A stretch of 64,000 bases of DNA from a virus, in the IMG/VR virus record IMGVR_UViG_3300021962_000026; one strand, 5' to 3'. Every line of letters starts with the position of its first letter. Positions within the stretch are counted from its first letter, which is position 1. Shown here piece after piece: positions 28,086-37,048 of the stretch. The notes below the pieces were generated by a model. The model ran no database searches. It had not been told where the DNA came from and worked only from the letters and a program-made list of their open reading frames with translations. A program made the translations under genes and the position numbers.

Positions 28086-29029
28086 TTCTTATCTCGTCCA
28101 ATGCCTTCGCCTCTTATCTCGCGTAACTTTTTACGATTACTTTCCAACCTGTCTAGTATTGTGCTATAATCTATTGGATTTGATAGATATTTTTGCAAAC
28201 TATTAAAAACTTTATCTACTCGAGTATAACCACTTACACTATCATATGATTTGTCTAGTATGTCTTCAAATATATCGAATCCTAATCCTTTTAAATTTTT
28301 CTCATATTCAGGACTACCTATTATCAAAAACAATCTACCATAAGCAATAGGCCTAAGTGTTTTTTCCGACATAAAAAAAGTATCTGACGCAGTGCTTGTT
28401 TCACAAACAACTTCTATACTTACATTTCGGTAAACATTCTCCCAAAACTGTATGTCCTTAACATTTCCTAAAATAATAGGCGGTTTAATATATTCGCCAA
28501 TATCGCTATAGGGAAATAGATGTTTAATTGCTTGCCATTTGTCATTATGTTCACAAATAAATTGTGTAAAATCACTTTGATGTTCGGAAATAGATTCAAT
28601 ATCTAAGTGACAGGTTCTAATACTATTTTGTGCACTACTAATACTAAATGCATAAAGACGTTCATTTGTAGCCCTTCCTATTAGTAGAGCATAATAATTT
28701 TTTTCAGGAATAGTTACAGTAGTAGGCATAAAATCTGACGATTTCCGCCAAATATTCATATCAGTTTTATTAAATACATGCTTAAAAATTTTACTTTTTA
28801 CAAGTCTGTCAGTAGACCTAACTGTTATTCTATCATAGGGTATAGACAATTTATCTGCACACTCTTTAACTACTTCTTCTAGGCCAGACTCTACAATATC
28901 AAAACCCTCATTGTATTGTTCTAGAACAATAGGATAACCTTTGTAATGAATACTCGCTATTTCCAATGCTAACAAATGTAAATCTCTAGTATGATTAGCG
29001 CCTAAATATTTTCTAAGGTCAATTACCAT
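28082..29029 (-). CDS. putative glycosyltransferase (GT10-like 'TEK' family)
   Basis: VVCET...MSEKTLRPI...LKGLGFDIF...LDKSYD. Confidence 0.5.
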   Translation of the reverse strand: MVIDLRKYLGANHTRDLHLLALEIASIHYKGYPIVLEQYNEGFDIVESGLEEVVKECADKLSIPYDRITVRSTDRLVKSKIFKHVFNKTDMNIWRKSSDFMPTTVTIPEKNYYALLIGRATNERLYAFSISSAQNSIRTCHLDIESISEHQSDFTQFICEHNDKWQAIKHLFPYSDIGEYIKPPIILGNVKDIQFWENVYRNVSIEVVCETSTASDTFFMSEKTLRPIAYGRLFLIIGSPEYEKNLKGLGFDIFEDILDKSYDSVSGYTRVDKVFNSLQKYLSNPIDYSTILDRLESNRKKLREIRGEGIGRDKK

Positions 29030-29949
29030 CCCTCCACCTTCCTAATAACTTCTATTTCTGTAGTCATAGGATCATATGCATGATAGGTTTGACTATAATA
29101 GTGTTTGAAGAATTTACTTTGTTGTGGATTATAATCTACAATAGGAAGTTCTAGTATGCGTCTAAGTTTTGCACCATACTCTGTGAAATTACTATCCAAC
29201 CATTCTTGTTCACGTTCCCACAAACGGTCTAGTGCAGCAAAGTCTCTTACTTCATGCCAGTCCCAGTCTGTGAGCATAAGCATATAGGTGCCTTGCCTAG
29301 CACCATACATTGCTTCAAATCCGTAGTCCGCATCAGCACCAACACTCTGCCAGACGCACAATTTATCAAAGTTCTTAGCGTGTACTTGTTGCTTGAATTC
29401 TTCCAGTGTAGGCTTGCGTCCTTTGTTAAGACACATCTTGACGCCTTCTCTAAATCCTGCTCTCCATGCATGTTTAGCATCACCGTTGGGATAGGTAGTG
29501 CTGTACACATTGTTCATGGGCAGATACTTGTCATCAAAGCAAAACTCTACAACAGTTTCGTCAGTCCCATCAGTTGCTTCATGAGTTTGCATACTGTTGA
29601 CAAACTCTCTTGTCCAGCAACTTAGTCCACCGTTGCCATACATAAGTCCATTTACTGCATTACGGGCTTTCCAACGAAACACACAATCACTATACTCAGG
29701 CTTAATATCTAATTGAATATCAAAGAAGGATTCGTCTGGTATATTGTCACCATCTATAAGAACAAAGCGTTCTGTATCACTAGCCGCGGCTGCTGCCTTA
29801 TGTGCTGCATCACTGCCTTCAACGCCATCTACTCGCTTTGCCCAGGGTACAATGTTTTGTATCTGAACCCAGAATTCTTCCTTTTGTGGCTCGTCATAAC
29901 TTAGATAAATGCAGTCTAAGTCTGCAATGTCTATTAGCGATCCAGCCAC
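29023..29949 (-). CDS. GT-A-fold glycosyltransferase-like protein
   Basis: LSYDEP, RVDGVEGSDAAH, LIDGD (DxD), YGNGG, WRAGFREGVKM. Confidence 0.6.
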   Translation of the reverse strand: MAGSLIDIADLDCIYLSYDEPQKEEFWVQIQNIVPWAKRVDGVEGSDAAHKAAAAASDTERFVLIDGDNIPDESFFDIQLDIKPEYSDCVFRWKARNAVNGLMYGNGGLSCWTREFVNSMQTHEATDGTDETVVEFCFDDKYLPMNNVYSTTYPNGDAKHAWRAGFREGVKMCLNKGRKPTLEEFKQQVHAKNFDKLCVWQSVGADADYGFEAMYGARQGTYMLMLTDWDWHEVRDFAALDRLWEREQEWLDSNFTEYGAKLRRILELPIVDYNPQQSKFFKHYYSQTYHAYDPMTTEIEVIRKVEGW

Positions 29950-30164
29950 TCGTGTAACCTTGCTACATTAGAATTACTATCTGTAAGCACACGAATACCA
30001 CGGGCATATATTGTACGATCAAGTTCGTATTCATCTTCCAAGGATTTTTCACAGAATTCCTTTAGTTGTGTAAACAATGCTTGATTATCTTCTAGTTGGT
30101 CCCTTGATATTAAATCACCCTTTTGCACTATATGTGGTAATGGAACAAATACTTCATTTTCCAT
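29934..30164 (-). CDS. hypothetical protein
   Basis: AAGGAG RBS; overlaps neighbours. Confidence 0.55.
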   Translation of the reverse strand: MENEVFVPLPHIVQKGDLISRDQLEDNQALFTQLKEFCEKSLEDEYELDRTIYARGIRVLTDSNSNVARLHEWLDR

Positions 30165-30960
30165 TATTATACTCCTTAATTAATCGTTGACGTTCTTTTT
30201 TAAGTTCTTCTTTTTGTAGATCACTTAAATTAACATCTAAATTTGTATTACCTATATCAATATTAAAACTAAAACTCCAGCGTTCACCCTTGCTACGGAA
30301 AGGATGGACACTATGTGGTAACCATGCAGGGAAAAAGTAAATGTCTCCTACTACAGGCTTTCTACGAAACATATGTATTGCACCAGACAGTGGCCGGCCG
30401 TCCCAAAAATTTATCATACCTGCACTTGGGTCATGATCCTCTCTTAGCCATTCCTCTTCAATATCTTCAGGAAGTTTTAAGTATCCTACTCCACTCACCT
30501 GTCCTACATGATGATGCGGTGGATTAAAGTCACCTGCTACACTTATATTACCCCAAACACCGTGTATGCTTACTACTAGATTAATGTGTTTAAGGTTGTC
30601 TTCTACCATTTCTATATGCAGGGGAGTAGCAACATCTTTCTGACATTCCCATATACCATAGGTGTTTGCTAAGAATATTTCACTTGCGCCCTGGTTAATG
30701 CACTCTTGGAACATTCTTAGGTTGCTGCCCAAATGTTCAGCAAGTATATTGAACTCTCTCTTGTTATTACCTGCTAGAGTCCATGCGTTGTCTTCGTGCT
30801 GTTCTAGTTCTTCCTTGGCACGTTGTTGTTCAAAAATATCACAAAGTACTTTTTGCAACTCTTCTGACATTTTTCCCTGTACTATACTTGGTCCGAATGG
30901 CCTTACTACTCTAAAGTCGTCGCTTGGCTGTGCCATTGGCATGTCACTAACTGTCTGCAT
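30154..30960 (-). CDS. putative 2OG-Fe(II) oxygenase
   Basis: GDFNPPHHH...SGVGYL...FFPAWLPHSVHPF...ERWSFSFN. Confidence 0.8.
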   Translation of the reverse strand: MQTVSDMPMAQPSDDFRVVRPFGPSIVQGKMSEELQKVLCDIFEQQRAKEELEQHEDNAWTLAGNNKREFNILAEHLGSNLRMFQECINQGASEIFLANTYGIWECQKDVATPLHIEMVEDNLKHINLVVSIHGVWGNISVAGDFNPPHHHVGQVSGVGYLKLPEDIEEEWLREDHDPSAGMINFWDGRPLSGAIHMFRRKPVVGDIYFFPAWLPHSVHPFRSKGERWSFSFNIDIGNTNLDVNLSDLQKEELKKERQRLIKEYNNGK

Positions 30961-31264
30961 CTATTTCCCTTTTGCAAAAGTATGGATTGTTGTTCGCAAT
31001 CTCTGCTGGTGTTGCTGTCCAATACACATGGATACTAGTATCTATTTTTACAAGTTTTCCATCTACTACACGCATTTTATCTGGACGTATTTCTGTCTCG
31101 TCTGCAATGACGATGTATGCATCTTCCCACGCCTCAAGTTTGTTTACATGTTGTTTGTCAATTACTTCACCAGTATCTTTATTATAGCGCAACCTAACTT
31201 CAAGTTCAATTTTCTTACGAGGATTATTTAAGTTAAGCAGGGCTTGTTCTAATTCTGTGCTCAT
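30947..31264 (-). CDS. hypothetical protein
   Basis: In-operon ORF. Confidence 0.6.
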   Translation of the reverse strand: MSTELEQALLNLNNPRKKIELEVRLRYNKDTGEVIDKQHVNKLEAWEDAYIVIADETEIRPDKMRVVDGKLVKIDTSIHVYWTATPAEIANNNPYFCKREIDADS

Positions 31265-32075
31265 ATCTGTCTATCAATTCTGGAGTGCAAAATGTTTTGT
31301 CATAGTAATGAAATGGATACTGTTGTGCATAGCCACCAACTATTAAGTCAAAGTTATCAGTAAGTGTCCAGGGTACTGCATCTTGCCATTTCATACTGGG
31401 CGACCAGTTGTTTATTACTGGCTTCATGTGTGTAAATGTTGGATAACTAAGTGTATTTACACAAGGTTGACCAATACATGATTGAGCAATAGCATATAAA
31501 ACATCAGTATCAGGTTTGTCATAGATACTATACTTAAGAACGCTGTCACGTAAAACAGGCCAATGTTGTATCGCCGTTTCAATAGCACGGCAGAAGTCCA
31601 TACTAGTCCTACTGTACCTAAAATATGAAAAGCCGTTATAAGAATCATCAAGATTGTTGGCATCAAAAAACTTCCTATAATATCGTGTTTGAGCAATGCG
31701 TCCCTGGTAATCTCTTACCTTGTTAGTATAACATACATCCTGCAATCTGCAACCAGGCCACCAGTGATCCAAACTGCGTGGTATAAGCATATCACTTTCT
31801 ACTTTGAATGTTTCCTTAAAAGGAGTTACACGCATTATCCAGGCTTCATTATAAAAAGGCTCTGTGCGTGGTACTGTAATAATATGATCAAACACTCGTC
31901 GCTGTTTATCTGTAATACTATCTAGTGATTCATCGTCAACAACTACAGCAAACCTATTGTGCTTGCAAGTTGCTTTGATGCTTAGAGCAAGCAGGTAAGC
32001 AAGGTCAACATAATTCGTGTCTGCACTATTTTGTGCAAAGGTTAACCAGCCCTTGGGTTCGTCCTTTGGTTGCAT
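31233..32075 (-). CDS. glycosyltransferase-like protein (GT8-like GT-A fold)
   Basis: LALSIK, FDHII, TPFKETFKVESDM, TDVLYAIA, FTHMK; paralog of 32770-33555. Confidence 0.6.
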   Translation of the reverse strand: MQPKDEPKGWLTFAQNSADTNYVDLAYLLALSIKATCKHNRFAVVVDDESLDSITDKQRRVFDHIITVPRTEPFYNEAWIMRVTPFKETFKVESDMLIPRSLDHWWPGCRLQDVCYTNKVRDYQGRIAQTRYYRKFFDANNLDDSYNGFSYFRYSRTSMDFCRAIETAIQHWPVLRDSVLKYSIYDKPDTDVLYAIAQSCIGQPCVNTLSYPTFTHMKPVINNWSPSMKWQDAVPWTLTDNFDLIVGGYAQQYPFHYYDKTFCTPELIDRYEHRIRTSPA

Positions 32076-32087
32076 TACATTTTTTCC

Positions 32088-32792
32088 TTAGAAAATGCCT
32101 TTTTCTTTCATATAATCATATATTTTTAAATGTCCATGTCTGTTCATATGAAGACCGTCTGGACGAAAATATTTCTCTATCATAGGACTAGATTTATTTT
32201 TATACGCTGTTAGATAATTTCTATGATTGAAACTATCATCTGCTAAGAATTTTAAAAAATTTTCATTCCTAGAAGTTACTTCTTTTACACTCCACATTTG
32301 ATTGATGCATCTAGGAAAAACTTGATCGGGTATTAGCCAAGTTGGCAAATATTCTATTACAGGAATTAAGTTATTATATTTTTTTATTGATTCTAAGTTA
32401 ATAGGAAAACATCCTCCTAAGCAATGAATTCTTTTATTAGTTTCATTTAACTCTTTGTATGCCTGATCTAATAGAGTTTTTTCTAGTGTCAAAAAATCCT
32501 CAATCGAATCAATCCCTTTATAAAAAAGATTTGATTTTGCCCTGCATTTATTCCATCTTTCTCTAAGGGGATCACTTTGAAACCATATAATTCTATCATA
32601 TATATTGGGCTGTTCTCGTATTAATACCACTTGACTATAATTATCACCACCACCTTGACCTATATTTGTAACTGTATGGCCATCGTTCTGTAAATATTCA
32701 GTTAAACCACGATGTAGCACTACATACTCGCGTTCTGAGTTTTCTCCCCATTCGCCCTGACTCCAACTGTCACCTGCTATTAGAATATGCAT
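32088..32792 (-). CDS. SGNH/GDSL hydrolase-like protein
   Basis: IAGDSW, NIGQGGGDN, DGLHMNRHGH (DxxH). Confidence 0.7.
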   Translation of the reverse strand: MHILIAGDSWSQGEWGENSEREYVVLHRGLTEYLQNDGHTVTNIGQGGGDNYSQVVLIREQPNIYDRIIWFQSDPLRERWNKCRAKSNLFYKGIDSIEDFLTLEKTLLDQAYKELNETNKRIHCLGGCFPINLESIKKYNNLIPVIEYLPTWLIPDQVFPRCINQMWSVKEVTSRNENFLKFLADDSFNHRNYLTAYKNKSSPMIEKYFRPDGLHMNRHGHLKIYDYMKEKGIF

Positions 32793-33555
32793 CCATTGCT
32801 CCATATATTTCTGGATCCTGCAAACAGGCTTTGTTCATACAGTGTAGATTTACTCCTTTGAGTTTAACAGCATTAAACTTATCACCATCAACATAGCGTA
32901 TCTTTAGTTCATCATCCTTTACTGCATATATACTATCCACAGTGCTTAAACTTGCTAGTGGGTGGTTAAAGTATGTGCCACTGGAATAGCCATTCATAAG
33001 TTGGTGTGCTATAGTTAAACTAAAATCGTTGCGATATTTGCCAGCAGTAAATCCCCAAAACTTTGCATAGTAACGCCAATTTGCTTGTACATTTTTCATC
33101 ATTTCAAATATGTTATAGGCTAGGTCGCATTTGCGGAAATAAACGACCGTAGCCCATAACATTGGATGGCCAGCTCTAGTCATCCAGCGATCATGTTTAA
33201 AACTATCCGTGGAGGTGACGTCCCAAACTTGATCATAACATAAAAACTCGTTGTTGCTACCAAAATATTGTTTTAAATTGTCGTTGAATGTGAGATAGTC
33301 TACATCTATTAGTAGTGTTTCATCATAAGGACTTAAATCATATGCAAGTGTTCTATCACTATTATACCAGGGTACAGTAACAACTTCGCCTGCATGCCAG
33401 CGAAATGCTCTAGTATTGCCTGGACGTGCTTCACCTATGTGTATATGTGTGTCTATCCCTAAATGTTTTTCTACAAGTTTTGCTGCTAAACGAGCAAAAC
33501 CAATGTAGTCTATTGTTTCATGTGGTGTGGCAAGTAAGAGTGCACCCCTACCCAT
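32770..33555 (-). CDS. glycosyltransferase-like protein (GT8-like GT-A fold)
   Basis: AYDLSPYDETLLIDVDY (DxD), WATVVYF, YRNDF, HCMNK. Confidence 0.65.
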   Translation of the reverse strand: MGRGALLLATPHETIDYIGFARLAAKLVEKHLGIDTHIHIGEARPGNTRAFRWHAGEVVTVPWYNSDRTLAYDLSPYDETLLIDVDYLTFNDNLKQYFGSNNEFLCYDQVWDVTSTDSFKHDRWMTRAGHPMLWATVVYFRKCDLAYNIFEMMKNVQANWRYYAKFWGFTAGKYRNDFSLTIAHQLMNGYSSGTYFNHPLASLSTVDSIYAVKDDELKIRYVDGDKFNAVKLKGVNLHCMNKACLQDPEIYGAMDAYSNSR

Positions 33556-33952
33556 TTACTCGTTTCCTCAAATCACTTGTACTAAAGCGGTGTTCTCTTT
33601 TATTAAAATAAAGTTCTATACCTCGTTTAGCGCAAATAGCTCTGCCAGTGAATCTTCCGTCCTTGTATTCTTCTCCTATAATACGAACATGGATATTGTA
33701 CATTAACAATATGTCTTCTAAATCAGCTTCAGTAGCATATGGAATAATTTCATCAACATAGCTAACTGCTTTTAGTTGTGTATAACGCTCTACTACTGTT
33801 TGTACTGGTTTATTCTTTTCAGGCCTGTCAATACTAGGGTCTATTTGTAGCCCGCATATTAGATAATCACATTGATCTTTAGCTTCACGCAACATTATTA
33901 CGTGACCAGCATGCAATAAATCAAACGAGCTACAAGTAAAACCTACTCTCAT
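33548..33952 (-). CDS. TagD-like (glycerol-3-phosphate) cytidylyltransferase
   Basis: FDLLHAGH (HxGH), ICGLQ, YVDEII, RFSTS. Confidence 0.88.
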   Translation of the reverse strand: MRVGFTCSSFDLLHAGHVIMLREAKDQCDYLICGLQIDPSIDRPEKNKPVQTVVERYTQLKAVSYVDEIIPYATEADLEDILLMYNIHVRIIGEEYKDGRFTGRAICAKRGIELYFNKREHRFSTSDLRKRVNG

Positions 33953-34275
33953 AGTTGTTCTACACGCCTAACTTTTCGCAGTTCTTCATGTTGATTGTGC
34001 CAATCATTCATAACTTCGTACCAGCGTTCTCTACATTTTGCGAGCATATCCGCAGTATCATCTATACGCACAGGATTGTCATAATTGTCTATGAGATATA
34101 AGATATGCTCATCACCCCAGGTACTGAGCAATGCCATTAGTTCAACTGTGATGCGAAATTGGCCGCCGCTATGTGTAATAGTTAAACGCTGTTCTTGTTG
34201 TTCTTTAAGAGCCAGACGTTGGCGATTATGATCCAGACGTTGGCGAGCAAACTCTTCATAGGATTCTATTGTCAT
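33949..34275 (-). CDS. hypothetical protein, first gene of the enzyme operon
   Basis: 108 aa, directly downstream of the promoter at 34282-34310. Confidence 0.7.
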   Translation of the reverse strand: MTIESYEEFARQRLDHNRQRLALKEQQEQRLTITHSGGQFRITVELMALLSTWGDEHILYLIDNYDNPVRIDDTADMLAKCRERWYEVMNDWHNQHEELRKVRRVEQL

Positions 34276-34281
34276 GTTGTC

Positions 34282-34310
34282 AGTATAACAGGGGCTTTCG
34301 CCCCTGTCAA
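34282..34310 (-). promoter_or_regulatory. near-consensus sigma70 promoter
   Basis: Minus strand TTGACA-GGGGCGAAAGCCCCTGT (17 nt)-TATACT. Confidence 0.7.
34288..34307 (-). terminator. GC-rich hairpin, possible terminator of the structural operon
   Basis: ACAGGGGC-GAAA-GCCCCTGT, 8-bp stem with GNRA loop; weak U-tract. Confidence 0.5.
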
Positions 34311-34360
34311 CTTATATAAATTTAAATATGAAGTTTGACCCTAATAATAAGTTTAAAATA

Positions 34361-35290
34361 TTAACCGATTGTATTAGTTACTGTTGACCAGGTTGGAGTT
34401 CCCCATGAAGCACTAATATAAGTAGTATTTGGTCTCTGGTAATTGAAATAAGCATACTTTGTTCCGTCTACTTGGTCAAGAACATTATAAACATTTTTGT
34501 TATAGCCGGTTTGGTCTGCTGCATCATCAACCCATTGCCATTGGAAATCCATAGTAGTTGCAGTTCCTGCATTTGGTGCTAAAATTGAAAAATCAATACG
34601 GTTAGCAGTATATGGACCAGTGTTTTCATACTGTCTGAACACAACGCCGTTTGGACTATCCCAGTAACCTGCGTTAGTTGTGTTAATGTTTACTGAACCA
34701 CTACCACCACTCTTTCCGCTTGTGGTATTGTACATGTAATATGTACCAACTTCACTGGCAAGGTTGTTCCATTCGTTTGCTTTACTATCACTGGTATGGC
34801 CTGACAAGTCTGTTGTGAAGTAGCAGCGTCCGCCTGCGTTCCAGAAATAACGAGCAGCGTTTGCACTAGCAAATGTAAGTCTTGCTCTTGCTGTGAATGT
34901 GCCCTGGAAGTTACCAGCGTTTGAAATTGTTCCTGTTACCGCTGCACTGTAACCAGCTGCCACACTACCAACACTGGTTTGTGCGTTGGTAATTGTTGTA
35001 ATGTCACCAGCCATAGTGCTAAACACGCTAATTGTGTTGCCTGCGCTTGGGTTACTAGTAGTATCAATAGTAATACTGCCATCTGTACCATAATGATCAC
35101 TAATTGCTCTAATAGTGTTCATAAGTGATGACCATTGTGCCGCTGTTACTGTATTACCAGCACTAACAGTGGACAATGCAGTTTGTCCTAAGCCTTTATT
35201 TCCGGAGCCAGTGCCCCAAATAGCATTAACACTATCTACAAAGCCATTGTAGTGTGCTGCTTCAATTGTACCACCTGCACTATATGCCAT
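34361..35290 (-). CDS. virion structural/tail-associated protein
   Basis: MAY start, G/S/T/N-rich, ARYFWNAGG; follows the fibre genes. Confidence 0.65.
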   Translation of the reverse strand: MAYSAGGTIEAAHYNGFVDSVNAIWGTGSGNKGLGQTALSTVSAGNTVTAAQWSSLMNTIRAISDHYGTDGSITIDTTSNPSAGNTISVFSTMAGDITTITNAQTSVGSVAAGYSAAVTGTISNAGNFQGTFTARARLTFASANAARYFWNAGGRCYFTTDLSGHTSDSKANEWNNLASEVGTYYMYNTTSGKSGGSGSVNINTTNAGYWDSPNGVVFRQYENTGPYTANRIDFSILAPNAGTATTMDFQWQWVDDAADQTGYNKNVYNVLDQVDGTKYAYFNYQRPNTTYISASWGTPTWSTVTNTIG

Positions 35291-35308
35291 AAGTTCAATT
35301 CCCCTGCT

Positions 35309-36991
35309 TTAATTTATTGTAACGAAGGCTTCGATTGTGCCTTCATCCTCAGTTGTTTTGGTTTCGATTGCACGACCAATAACGTTAAAGCTAGTTGCTT
35401 CTCCGGGTTGTGCTGCTCTTGCTAGACCATTTCCTGCACTAACAAGTCTCTCACCTTTATTTATTAAGCCTACTACTCTAACTGGCACACGGCCCGCAAC
35501 AGCAACTGGTGCTGATGTTTCGCCACGCAAACCTGCGTTCATCATATAGGCTGGTTTATGGCTAATTACGCCAAATACTTGATCACTTAGCTCTTCATTT
35601 ACTCGAGTAATTTCTTCTACACCACCAAGAGCAACAACTGTTCCTGCTTCATAGATCGCATCTGCCTGGAAGCGTTCTGCAACGTCAGCGTATTCTGCTG
35701 AACTTGCTGTACCTGAAAATATACTTGTTGTTAGTGTATTAGTGCTAGGATTGTAAGTAAGACCGGTATCAGTCTCTATGCCTTGTCCACCAGTTGCACC
35801 ATCAACGAACGTAATGTACACAGTTTCGTTTGTAGAGTTGTTTGCTGTTGCTGTAACATTTGTTGCTGTAGTTGCAGTAGTTGCTGATGTTGCTGATGTT
35901 GCACTAGTTGCAGTATCTGCATTACCTGTCAAGTTACCAGTTACATTACCAGTAAGCGTTCCTACAAGGTTTGTAGCAGTAATAGTTCCACCATTTGTAA
36001 TACTGTTAGTACCTAAATTAATAGGACCAGCCATTGTGCCGCCAGCTAGTGGAAGGTAAACTGAAACGCCACTACTTACTTGGCTATCAACATATCCTTT
36101 AGTAGCAGCATCTGAACTTGCAGTAGGTGTAGCAAGTGCACTAATTTTTTTGCTGCTAACATCTACTGTACCAGTACCATTAGGAGCAAGAACAATGCTA
36201 CCATTTGTATTTGTATTTGTTAATACTGGATTGCTACTACCGTTAATTGTAATTGTTAAATCACTGTCAACACCAACTACTACGCCAGTGTCATTTAAAA
36301 TACTAAGTACGCCGCTTGTGCTGTCACTTGCATTACTACGCAAATAGTTTGCTGCCGCAACACCACCAAGAGCGTCTGCATCGGTTGCTGTACCTTGTAG
36401 TTTAGCACCTGTTACTGTTGTACTAAGTTGAATGCCTGGTTTAATTGTAGTAAACCCGCTTAAAGCTGCCTGTGGAGTAAATTCTGTATCTTTACTTACT
36501 GTACCAACAACGACGTTACTAACATATAGTTTTACAACTACATGGTCAGCAGCAGCATTATCAGTTACAACTTCAACAATGGCACCTGAAGTTCCTGAAC
36601 CGCTAGTAAATGCTGGACCAATTGTAGTAAAACTACTGCCGTTATAAACTTTTAATTGTCCGTTTGTAGTATCCCACCAAAGATCGCCAGTTACACTGCC
36701 AGAAGGTGTTGTAGCACTTGCTGTACTTGAACTGACGGTTTTGAATGCACTACCTGTATAAACCTTAAGTAGGTTATTTGTTGTATCCCACCACATTTGA
36801 CCTGCAAGAGGTGAACTTGGTGCGCTAGTGTTAGCGAAATTTTCGAGCAGTTTTACATAGTTTTCGTTAAGGAATTCACCGTAACCTGCATAGTTTTTAC
36901 CAATTAGAACTAGATCTGTTGAGGTATCAATTGTACCATCTGAAACAGTTGCTAAAACAGATCCGTTGGTTTTATTTACTGTATATGCCAT
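35309..36991 (-). CDS. tail fibre protein with C-terminal autocleaving chaperone (peptidase G2-like)
   Basis: N-terminal LIGKNYAGYGE...LLENFA, GQMWWD/GDLWWD repeats, DAATKGYVD stalk motif, YADVAE...AGRVPV. Confidence 0.8.
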   Translation of the reverse strand: MAYTVNKTNGSVLATVSDGTIDTSTDLVLIGKNYAGYGEFLNENYVKLLENFANTSAPSSPLAGQMWWDTTNNLLKVYTGSAFKTVSSSTASATTPSGSVTGDLWWDTTNGQLKVYNGSSFTTIGPAFTSGSGTSGAIVEVVTDNAAADHVVVKLYVSNVVVGTVSKDTEFTPQAALSGFTTIKPGIQLSTTVTGAKLQGTATDADALGGVAAANYLRSNASDSTSGVLSILNDTGVVVGVDSDLTITINGSSNPVLTNTNTNGSIVLAPNGTGTVDVSSKKISALATPTASSDAATKGYVDSQVSSGVSVYLPLAGGTMAGPINLGTNSITNGGTITATNLVGTLTGNVTGNLTGNADTATSATSATSATTATTATNVTATANNSTNETVYITFVDGATGGQGIETDTGLTYNPSTNTLTTSIFSGTASSAEYADVAERFQADAIYEAGTVVALGGVEEITRVNEELSDQVFGVISHKPAYMMNAGLRGETSAPVAVAGRVPVRVVGLINKGERLVSAGNGLARAAQPGEATSFNVIGRAIETKTTEDEGTIEAFVTIN

Positions 36992-37019
36992 TGTTTTTAA
37001 ATCTCCGCGGACTTTAAAT

Positions 37020-37027
37020 TATTTATC
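37020..37027 (-). promoter_or_regulatory. late promoter (NATAAATA)
   Basis: GATAAATA about 30 nt upstream of the fibre start; same motif at 41233 and 58385. Confidence 0.55.
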
Positions 37028-37048
37028 ATGCTTTATAATGTAGGTACA

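Noticed and set aside
30662-31231. 189-aa + strand ORF
   Set aside because: Antisense to two well-packed - strand genes, one with clear 2OG-oxygenase motifs.
9281-34275. Bacterial LPS/capsule or antibiotic gene cluster
   Set aside because: Contiguous and co-oriented with myovirus baseplate and fibre genes; phage-style overlaps; no wzx/wzy/ABC exporter, regulator or host housekeeping genes.
35865-35915. Short tandem repeat (GTTGCTGAT-like) as CRISPR or VNTR
   Set aside because: It encodes the ATS/ATT tripeptide run of the fibre; no spacers and no cas genes.
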